From assembly GCA_043228905.1 (NCBI GenBank), contig JBHGNT010000008.1:12958001-13022000 (forward strand): a stretch of 64,000 bases of DNA, in the 5' to 3' direction. Both the position numbers and the translations under genes were made by a program. Below the pieces are notes generated by a model. That model was given only the letters and a program-made list of their open reading frames with translations. It had not been told where the DNA came from and searched no databases. The first letter of the stretch is position 1. Every line of letters begins with the position of its first letter. This document shows positions 11,201-21,836 of this stretch, in pieces. This DNA is from Azolla caroliniana (lineage: Eukaryota > Plantae > Polypodiophyta).

Positions 11201-14200
11201 AAATCTTGATAATGTTTTATATATAAAGATAATATTAACAACAATGATAATATTATATAGGCAAATAATATATAGATAGATAGATAGATATATTATATTA
11301 CATGAACAAGAGAGGACTTGAACCAATAACCCCACCCTATGACTCTCAAATCTTACCATTTACTCTATACTAGTAATCTAAAGCATACTTTATATATACT
11401 TTATATTACATAAAGGATTTGCTTCATGATATAAAATAAAGTTGTATGTTGTATTTTGAGACTCAAACCCACAACCTTATACACCAAAGTCAACACACCT
11501 ACCATTAGGCTAGGTCCTTTCTTTTTAAGATTATATTTTCATGTTTATTGTTATTGCATATATTGTTTCATACATAAAAGCTCAAATGAGTGAGATGTTT
11601 ATCATGCATCACATGCATGTCTTGTACCCTCCAATGCATCATATGCATCGGAGCACCTATTTAAAGGGTGGAAGAGAAGAGAAAAGGAGAGAGGTATGAG
11701 ATATCAATCAAATTATGTATTACATAAGAGATACCATAAAAATAGAGAAAGAAGAGAATAAGTTTAACATAAATGTGGAGCTCTAGCTTGGCGGTCGTAG
11801 TGGTCAACTCTCAACAAGAGGGAGGCGGTTCGAGCCTTATCTTCATCAAAATATTGAAGTTAAGATTGTAGTGGTCTACGATCAAGAAAGAGAAGAGCGA
11901 TTACCTTGCAAGACAAAGTTCGGAGGTTCAACGACGTGCACAATCATTTTGTAACTCTTTCATGAAAATGATTATAAATTTCATACACTTTCTCATATAT
12001 TATTTTATATCTTATCTTGTCTTATCTTATATTCCTTAAAAATCCTATTTTGTCATATCTTATTGATCTCTATTCACTCCATCTCTACTCTTTCGTCTCT
12101 TCCGTCCATAATCCCAGTGATTCCTTCCTCACTTTCACGTTATCCTTTGTGTGCGCAATGCTACGCTTCTAGGCGAGCCACGTCACGACACCGACGAGCC
12201 AGCTTTTGATAACCAAAAGCAAGTAATCTTGGGACCGACACGACTGCAAGCAACACAGGTCTTTGGCATGCCCATAGATTTCCACGGTATCGATACTATA
12301 CGTGAGGACTTGAAGACCGATGCTTTCGCCCAAGCCATTCTAGCACAAATTGATCCCTCTCGAGCATCTTGTTCACAGTCACAACCACCAAGTACGGACT
12401 ATCGGCAATTCAAATACCATGATGGATTACTATTCTTTAATGAACTCTTGTATGTTCCTAATGGTTCTTGCCGCCTTCGAGTAGTCCAAAATTGTCATGA
12501 CACATATACAGTTGGGCATTTTGGTAGTATTAAAACATTAGATTTAGTACAATGATCATTTTGGTGGCCCGGTATGCGACAATTTGTCGAAGATTTTGTT
12601 CGGACTTGTGAATCATGCTGTAGAGCGAAAATGCCAAGGCATCATCTATATGGTTTATTAAAACCATTACCAATTCCAAGCAAGCCGTGGCAATCCATTG
12701 CTCTAGACTTGATCACAGATCTTCCAGTCTCTAAGGGGTTCAATGCGATTCTAACAGTCGTAGATCGATATACGAAGATGGCTCATTTCTTACCATGTAC
12801 TAAGGAAATCTCCAGTGAAGAAACCGCTGAAATTGTCATGGGTAAAGTATGTCGGCATCATGGCCTTCCCGATAGGATCATCAGCGACCATGGACCCCAG
12901 TTCATATCGAAATTCTAGAAGCACCTTTTTAAAATGCTCAAGGTCACTTGTAACCTCTCCTCCGGCTACCATCCACAAACCGATGGCCAAGCAGAACGAA
13001 CAAATCAAACGCTAGAGCAGTATCTTCGGTGATTTCTAAGCTATCATCAGGATGACTGGGCAAATATTCTCCACTTTGCCGAATTTGCCTATAATAACTC
13101 TGTCCACGCATCGACTAAAGTTACGCCATTTTATGCTTATACGGGTTGTCAACCCCGGTGGTGTGTATTTGAAACCACAGAGTTGTCCACAAATCCTTGC
13201 GCAGAGGATCGTTTAGAGCGGTTACGCAAGATACAAGCCGATTTATCTACTCATCTCCAACAAGCTCAACAAACACACAAGGTTTACGCGGATCGTCATC
13301 GACTTCCATCCAGTTTTAACATTGGAGATCGGGTATGGCTACTACGACGACACATCAAGACTACTCGCCCATGTGAGAAGTTGGATTATCGGCGATTACA
13401 TCCTTTCCGTATTATAGGAAAGATTAATGATGTTTCTTTTCGTCCCGATCTACCTCTGCAACTTCAGATACTTCCGGTGTTTCATAGTTCTCTCCTCAAA
13501 CCCTATCAAGAGAGCACCATCCCAGGACGTATTAGACAGCCTGGACCCCCGATCGAGCTTGAAGATGGACCTGAGTACGAGGTTGCCGCCATCCTTGATT
13601 CCAAGATTGTTCGCAACAAGCTCTACTATCTAGTCGATTGGCTAGGATATAGTCCCATCGAGCGTACTTGGGAACCAATTGAGAATGTGACCAATGCTCG
13701 TACTCTTCTTGAAGACTTCCATCGTCAATATCCCGACAAACCGAGTCCTCAATCCAAAACGACTCGTCACACTCGTCGTTTTAAAGGGGGGATAGTGTCA
13801 TGATAGGGCAAGACTCGAACCTATGACCTTATGCTACATGGGGCGAGCTCTTGACCATTAGACCATACATTATAATACGTAAAATATTATTTTCATTTAT
13901 GTTTTATTATAGAAAATTGATGTATATTCCAGATTTCTCTGGAACATTCTAGAAACTTCAGGAGTACTCCTGAGAACACTATAAAAGGAGGCACAATGCA
14001 TTATTTCGAACCAAATCGGTTCAACGCCAATCTTAAGCCTCCTAGCTACTATTGTATACTTTCTTAACATAATATATATCATTTATCATCATTCTCTCTC
14101 ACCCTTTCTCTCTCTCTCTCTCTCTCTCGCTCACTTTCTCCTTCTCTCGAGAGTTCTACATCTCTCTTAGTACTAATCCTCATCTTTTAGTACTAACTCC

Positions 14201-14227
14201 TTCTCTGTCTTAGTACTGATCCTAACA
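8247..14227 (+). mobile_element. Ty3/gypsy chromovirus (Tcn1/Tf1-like), degenerate copy
   Basis: LTRs 8247-8666 and 13796-14227; decayed TSD GTCGT/GCCGC; gag from 8741, RT (YLDDLL), RNase H, integrase, chromodomain ([22 protein letters not shown]); PPT AAAGGGGGGA; ~0.7-kb deletion near 9470 relative to the copy at 25219-30982. Confidence 0.95.
11134..12190 (+). mobile_element. Solo LTR (~1.06 kb) inserted in the chromovirus RNase H/integrase linker
   Basis: 8-bp terminal inverted repeat TGTCGTGA...TCACGACA; apparent 4-bp TSD CCGG/CCGA; host frame (PG|EPAFDNQ) resumes after it. Confidence 0.85.
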
Positions 14228-14673
14228 GCCGCGTCCTCTTCCTCCGTCCAAGTGTGAGTAAAGCATGTGGCCTTCCGAGGTGTTGCTCCTTGTTTGAACA
14301 TGGTTTTCTTCGACCAACAACATGGATTGAAGATTAGAGAAGGAGGGTGGATTCTCCCGTGCTAGTATGGCAGTAATTAAGACTATCTCTCTTTTTTAAT
14401 GTTATATCGTATTTCTGTTTCAATAAACCTTTAATGTTGCTCATCGCGCCAAACCGTGGTGTAAGGCCGCCGAGGCATATTTGCACCATCTCATCATCGT
14501 CCACATTGACGCTTATCGAGCCAAGCGAGTTGCAAAGCTCCTTGATCTTCAAGGTGTAGCTCATGATGGACATATCCCTTTGTTGGATGTTGTTCAACTC
14601 TTGGCAGAGTTGAAGCTTTCTCACAGTTGTGTTGGCGGCGAAAATCTTTTGTAGATACTCCCACACTTCCTTT

Positions 14674-15158
14674 TGTCACAGACAGACCAAGCACAGACTA
14701 GGAAGGAGCATAAATGATGGGGCTATGAGCTATGGATGAACTTGGAGCTAGATGAGTAAGGCTAGGAACTATAGATGTTATGAGCGACATGAGAGCATGA
14801 AGACAGAAATAAAGATCAAGGAGACAAAGATGAGGCGAAACGAGAATACTAGATTGATGTGTCAATGACTAGTGTTGAATCCCTTGAAAGGGACCAAGGA
14901 TGTTACAAGTATTTATACAATTTCCGAGATTGAATATCTCTAGAATATACTCGAGAATATACCTGTTTAGAATATACCACAGAATAATTCTAGAATATAC
15001 TAACAACTAGAATATTCTCGAATGTACTATACACTAGACTCTACAATATATACAAGTTCACAATCCATGTGGACAATTCACAAGAGTTTCTATATGGTTA
15101 ACACAACACAATGTAATGTGTGTGTTAAAGATCAAAGGTTCAAGTCTAGAATGTGATA
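14674..15158 (-). mobile_element. Solo LTR (485 bp) in copia F gag
   Basis: TGTCACA...TGTGATA termini; perfect TSD CCTTT (14669-14673, 15159-15163); TATAAATA on the minus strand near 14912. Confidence 0.88.
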
Positions 15159-16269
15159 CCTTTGGCGTCTTGGCTTCTCGAATGTAGCCGAGCATGTGGT
15201 CATGAACACATGTCGCCAAGCAATACATGACTCAACTTGCCACTTGCTCCCATGTTGTGTAGACAGTGTCTTTCAGGTCATGTTGGTTTTCTTCTGCTCC
15301 TTTGATGTAACCCCAATAGCCTTGGCCGATAAGGTATTGGTGCATTTTTACTCCCAAGATACAAAGTTGTTTCGATCTAGCCTCTCGCTAGGGAGAACGC
15401 TCCCCATTTGAGTATTCATTGTCGATGAAGATTTCTTCCTTCTTTTCTTTTCCTTCTCTCTCGAATACGAGCTATATAGTCGCACTACGATAGTGATGGG
15501 CCTATTCTTCTCCAACGTCGGCGTAGAACACAACACACACGGATGGGCTAGATTGAGCTACCAAACCACTTTGATACCATGTTAGGAATTAGGTGATTAA
15601 GTACGGGTTAATTAGTACCTAATTATGTGATTAAGTTAAGCAGAAGATTAAGTGATATGTGTGTGTATGTGTGTGAGAGGATGGGAGAGAGAAGTACACT
15701 TATGAACAACACAAGATGGGGGATGATTAACTCTATATTAAATTAGCATCATCATCATCCAATACAATATTACCTACAATGTGTTAACTCTTCGGGCCGG
15801 ACAGTGGCCTAACACAGGGTGTCTACGGGAGACACTTCACCAAAGGGTGTTACGGCAACCGGATTAGACTTCAACGCTTAATCCGACTTAATTAAGTTAC
15901 TTATTAGGATCGTCTTTCATAACACGCGTAAGATATAACAATTAAGACAGAATGGCAATTAACACAGAGAGATAACAATGCTTAAGCTTTCATTAATTAA
16001 CCGCTAACTATTACATTGTATCCGGGCCTTTAAATAGGTTTCCGGTTTGTATTACAAAACGGTGCCATCCGCACCTATTCGGGATCGGTCCGGATCCGGA
16101 ACGGCATACCGTTTCCAGTCCGTCCGTCCACACTCATAGCTTAATTACAACCACATTCCTACTACTTAATTAGCTCTCCGTTTCCCACTCTAGACTTCTT
16201 TGCCGGCCGGTAACACATGGCACGCTCGTGGGATAGTACCTTGTACGTCGAATCCACAACCAACCCTTG

Positions 16270-19043
16270 CTATTCTTCGTCCAAAATGTCCAAAATGCTT
16301 TGTTCGAGAGGCTCCAATGGTTCATCTGGAAGTGGTTGTTGTTGTTGTTGTTGCTGCTGCTCTGTTGCTGTCTGCTGCGGCGGGTCCGTTGATGGTTGTT
16401 GCGGCTGCTCCTCCGTTTGTGGCTCTGACACCGGCGTCTCCGTCGTTGCTCCCTGCGTCGTAGTGGTCTCCGGTTGACTGGTTCCCGGCTGGCCCTCAGC
16501 CGGCGACGGTTCCTCATCACTAAGGTTAACTGTTGTCGCTTCTCGTGCTTTTTCTTCCCGCACCCGGGACCGCTCGTAGCTTTCAAACTAGATTTGAGCG
16601 TCCAGCCTATCATCGTCCAGCTGAGCTACGAGCTGCCTGACCTGCGCCAACTGTTCATCTGCCAGGACTTGGAAGTCGTCGGCCAGCTCGTCCCGTATGG
16701 CGGTGAAGTCCTCGGAAGTCAACGTATAACAGTCATCTCCTTCCTTCCGCCGGTTTGCCACATCCGCCCGTAGCAACTGGAGTTCCGCTGCGTTTTGTGC
16801 CCACTTTGTCCACCATTTTAGGGAGCTTCCATCAATCAAGTGTTTTGTCTAATTCAGCCATGCCCGGAGGATGGACTGAATCCGGCTCGTTCCCAATTGC
16901 GATTTGGTTTCCGCCGCTTGCCGTTCCTCCTTCAGTTGTTTGATGATTTTGACGTTGTCCTCCGCCTGCGCCTTGTAATGCGTCAATTGCCTTTGATATG
17001 TGCTTTGTAATTTCTGCAATACTGTTGACGCTCTCTCTTTGTCTTCCTACTGCTGCCTCTGGAGCTCCATCCGGACCTTCTCCGCCTCTTCCAAGCATCT
17101 TGTATTTTCCACCCGTTCGTCGGCGATCGCCGTCGCGGCCCGATCAACTGCCTGCTGGAGCTCGGCCATCCGTTCTTTATGCTCCGTTTCTAGCCGTTTG
17201 TAGTCCTGGTGCAGGTGCTCAAAATCATCTATCTTTTGCTTGAGCCGTGCGTTGATCTGACGACGGGCCCGGTCCTCGCGGTCCTTCTGCTGGCGGAGCT
17301 CTTCCTTTAGCCGTTCAATCTCTGTTTCCGTCGTTTTCCGCAGTTTGTCCTTTTCCTGCAGCACTTTGTCTTTCTCCTCCTTTAGCCGGTCGTACGCTTG
17401 ATGGCCTTTCCTGAGGCTCTCCTCTGCCCGGCGGAGGTTCTCAGCAGTCTTCTTTAATTCGGCTTCGGCCGCCGTCTTCAATTCTCGTTCACGGCTCCTG
17501 AGCGCTTCTTGTGCGGCAAGTTCCTCTCTCAATTCCGCAAGCTCCTGAGCTTGCGCCGCATCTCTTGCCGGAACGGTTTCCGTTGCCGGGGTCTTATTGC
17601 TATGTACAGGTCGTTCCGTTTCTTTATTCTGTACACTTACCGGAGTCACCGGTGATTGGATCCGTATTTTGGCCATCTCTGTCGTGACCTGATCCAAGTC
17701 TTTTTCAAGGCACCGGATTCTGGACCGGGCCGTCTCTAGTTGTTCGGTTGTGACGAGAAACTGTTCGCTTTGCGCTCTTTCTTCCGCCTCTATATACCCC
17801 ACTGCTCCGGCTATCTGTTCGCCTATCCACCGGAGCCACAGGCTACCGGTGCCTTGTTGTGCTTGCACGGAGGTTTCACAGATGGGCTCACTTGTAGAGG
17901 GGTAGTCCCGCCTGGTTGCGCCGATTTGCAGTTCCGTTTCTGCCCGTGGACCATCCTGCTGTCCTGGTTCCCCTTGCGCTTCTTCTTAGCTGACCGAGGG
18001 AGGCTGCAGTGACCTTTCCGGCTCTGGCAGGATGGGACTTGCCGGTGTTGCCGGTGGTGCCGGGGCTTCTGTTTCCGGTGCCATCTGCACCGGTTCCGGT
18101 TCCTTCCTTGGCGTAGGAGTCTCAATATGGGGAGCCGGTGTTCCCTCTGTCTGAGGGTTCGAACGTTTCCCGGCTGCCTCAACGGTCCTTGCCGACGACC
18201 GTCGCTGGAGGTACTCCGTAGGCTCCTCCTCTATTTCCTCCTCCTGAGCTCCGGCATTGAGTTTTGCCGCCAAGGGGTCCGCTTCTCGATTCACCGGTCG
18301 GCGGAGTGTGACCTTTACAGGCCGTGTCGGTGGTTCCTCCTGCGCCTCCATTGGGCGCTTCCGGCTGCCGCTTCCTGCTGCTGCCTGTTCTGCATCCGCC
18401 GCCTTTCCCTTACTGGCCTTCGAGGCCAACAGCTGTTGCCGTTTGGAAGCCGTCCTTGGTGTGCCGTCCGGCACTCTTCCTCGCTTCTTGGGCTGGACGG
18501 TCTGAACAGGTGGCACCAGCAAGGTGAGCCATTGCGTTACGGCGTGCCATATCCTTCGTCCGTCTCGGCCTTCTTTGTCGTCTTTGCCTCTGACGATCTC
18601 GATCGCCGCACACAACCCGTCTGCAATCAATACCAGCCAATCCACCTTGATCCCTTCATAGGTGGCGATGATCATCCCTGCCCGGTTTTGCGGCATGACG
18701 GGGGTCTAGGGTACACGTGGCCGTATTCATGGAGCACACGAGCAATTTCGCGGAACAACATATCTCCGCCGCCCTGTGTCCGGTAGCCCTTGCTAGCTAG
18801 AGAGTACTCACCAAAATACCTGATGAGTTGCTCCGGGGTTGGATTGTCGATCGTAAGTATGCCTCCCTCCGGAAGGCCTGTTAACGCTCGAATCGCCTCT
18901 GCCGTTATGACCTCTGTATCGATTTCCTTGATCACTTTGTCGGCTTCTTTGTGTGGCGGTACTTCCATCATCATCAAGAAGCCCTCGAGCCCGTGTTGCT
19001 TCAGCCATGTCTTGGCGGCTTCCGACAGCGTTTGCGGGTCCAT
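16270..19043 (-). pseudogene. Extra 3' ORF (~920 codons) of element C, coiled-coil protein
   Basis: ORF pieces 18696-17986, 17868-17047, 16839-16588 and 16563-16270 share one frame, separated by TAA/TAG explicable as CAA/CAG>T; one frameshift near 18700; putative ATG at 19043 (MDPQTLSE). Confidence 0.75.
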
Positions 19044-19440
19044 CTCTGTGTCGGGGTCGGATTGCGGTGGCGAGGATGGATGGTGATGAGAGTGGGGTTG
19101 AGAAAGAGAGAGTTCAGAAGGCGGGGGTTCTCTGTGCGCAGGTTCTCGTATGATGATCTTGCAGCGTTTCGGTGCTTCTGTGCTCCTGGGTTCGCGAAAG
19201 TAGAGGGTCTCTACGCGCAATGGTTTTTGTCTGTGCATTCTAGTGCCTTTTTCGAGTTTGTGCATGTCGCATACTTAAAATAGCATTATGTCCTGTGGTG
19301 GCGCTTTAAATGCCCACTACGTACCTTTTCGCTCCACGCTCTTTCATCCCTTCATTCCTCGCTTTTGCATGATTGTTTTTTCTTTTTCTTTTTTTTTCTT
19401 CTTTTTTTTTTTTTTAGTTATTATTATTATTAGTGTGACG

Positions 19441-21593
19441 TCACTTGTCCGTTGGTCCTCCCGGACCCTTACCGACCTCATTCTCTCCGGTTCCCGGCTT
19501 GCCGTCTCTGCCGTCTTGGTGGTTGCCGTCAGTCCTTTGCTCAAACGGGTTCTTAGGCATCAGTCCTCTATATGCCTTTAACCGGAATCCGTTGACCCAT
19601 TTGCCTAGCACTTCGCCGGCAAGTGTCCCCAACTGGTAGGACCCATTATACTCCCGTGTTAGCCAATACGGTCCAGTCCATCTAAACCTTAGTTTACCCG
19701 GCATCTTGCCCATCCGGGTTTGGAATACTAACACCGGTTTGCCGATTGCGAACATTTTTTCGTTACCTTTCCTGTGCCGGTCAACAAATGCTTTCCGTCG
19801 CCGTTGCTCCAATTCTAAATGTAGGATGCTGGCCAACCGTTGTTCCTCCAGTTCACACAGCGCTGTCAACCTTATTGTCTCCAACTCCTTCTCGTTCAGC
19901 CGTTCTCGTAGCTGGATCCGTAAGCTAGGTACTTGAAATTCTACCGGCATGACCGCCTCGAGTCCGAATGCCAACCGGAACGGTGTTGTTCGGATGCTCG
20001 TTTTGTATGCCGTCCGGTATGCCCAAAGCGCGCTATGTAGCTTTGTGTCCCAATCCGTCCGGTTCTCGTTGACGATCTTTCGAAGGATATTCTGGAGCGT
20101 CTTGTTTGTTGATTCCGCTAATTTGTTCGCCTGTGGATAGTGAGGTGTGCTTCGTTTGTGGACCACGGCATAGAAGGTCGTTAGGCTTTCCACTACTTGT
20201 CCGAGAAAGTGCCCCCCTTGGTCACTTATCAATTCAATGGGGCATCCGTAACGGCACCAGATGTACTCATATGGAAACTTTGCCGTTGACACAGCGGTGT
20301 TATCCCGTAAAGCTTTGGCCTCCACCCATTTCGTGCAGTAATCCGTAGCAACGATAACGTACCGATTACCCGTTCTCATTGCTGGTGGATTGAACGGTCC
20401 TACAAAATCCAGCCCCCACTTTTGGAATGGCTCGAGTGGTAGCACCGGCTGGTGTGGCATACGAGCCTGCTCCGTTGGCTAGCCCATTCTCTTTCATAGG
20501 TCACATTCTTTTGCGTACCGTACCGCATCTCTTAATGTCGTTGGCCACCATAGGCCACTTTGCCATATTTTTCTGGCTGTCGCATCTCCGGCATAGTGAC
20601 CTCCGGCAACTCCGCAGTGGGCTTCTCTCAGTATCAGTTCCTTTTCATCACTGCACACTGCCCGTCTCCATATGCCGTCCGCGCCCTTGTGGTACAGTGT
20701 GTCTTGCAGTAAGCAGAAATGTCGGCTTTGCACGGCCAGGCGTTTCCGTTCGTCCCGGTTCAGCTCTTCCGGAGGCAGTCCTGTGCTCAGAAACTGGTGC
20801 ATATTTGTGAGCCACTTGTCTTCCTGGGCCACTGTCTCATCTACTACCGTCTCCGTAGTGATTCGAAACAGCTCCGCATCCGGAAACTCATCTGGTACTC
20901 CGTCACCCGTCTCTCCGGACTCCAATCGGCTTAAGTAATCCACTACGGCATGCTATATACCGGGTCGGTGGAATATTTCAAACTCGAACTCCTGTAACAA
21001 TAAGGTCCACCGGGCCAATTTGCCGGTGAGTGACGCCTTGGACACTAGGTAAAGGAGTGTCGAATGATCTACATGGAAGGAAAACTTCCTTCCCAATAAA
21101 TAGTGCCGAAACTTTGTCACACTGTAGATCATCCTTAGGGCTTCCCGTTCCGTAGTAGAGTAGTTCCGCTCTGCTTGGGATAGCTTCCGGCTAGCATAGT
21201 ACACTGGCCGGTACCACTTTGGTTCCGTAAGCTGCATCAGTACGCTTCCGATTGCGATGTCGGAGGCGTCCACGAACACGTGAAATTCTTTACTCCAATC
21301 CGGAGGCTGCACTACCGGTGCCTGCGACAAAAGTACCTTGAGGGCCTTATACGCCCTATCCTCAGTGTCGGTCCATTGGAATGGTGTCCGATGTACGGCG
21401 GCATGCAACGGTGTAGCCAGGTCAGCCAAGTATCGGAGCATCCGGTTGTGCCACCGGATCTGGCCTAAGAACCGGCTTAATGCCTTTGCCGTTGCCGGCG
21501 CCGGTGCTTCTAATATGGCTTTTACTTTGTCCGGGTCGACTGCAATACCTTCCTGGCTCACAATATGTCCTAATAAAGTTCCACTGGACACGC
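19441..21593 (-). pseudogene. Element C pol: RT C-terminus, RNase H, integrase
   Basis: LLGHIVSQEG, FVDASD, NYSTTERE, H-x6-H zinc finger, WGLDF, ISDQG, GPY motif. Confidence 0.95.
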
Positions 21594-21805
21594 TGTTGTA
21601 CATTTTAGGGTTAGGGTTAATGGTAATGATGATTGGTGATGGAGATGGTGTGTTTAATGAGGATGATGAGCGTTATGGGATCGATGGTGAGAGAGACGAC
21701 AAGCATTGAGAAGCATTGTGGGGTGGGGGGTGGTGCCTTGAATGGCTCCACCCCCCTCCCAAGGGGGTTCAACGTTAAGGGGAGAGAGAGGAAGAGAGAT
21801 GACAA

Positions 21806-21836
<31 letters not shown>

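Noticed and set aside
16170-16613. 147-aa ORF running across the tRNA mimic into the LTR
   Set aside because: Alternative frame of a Q-rich low-complexity region; the consistent long frame ends at 16270.
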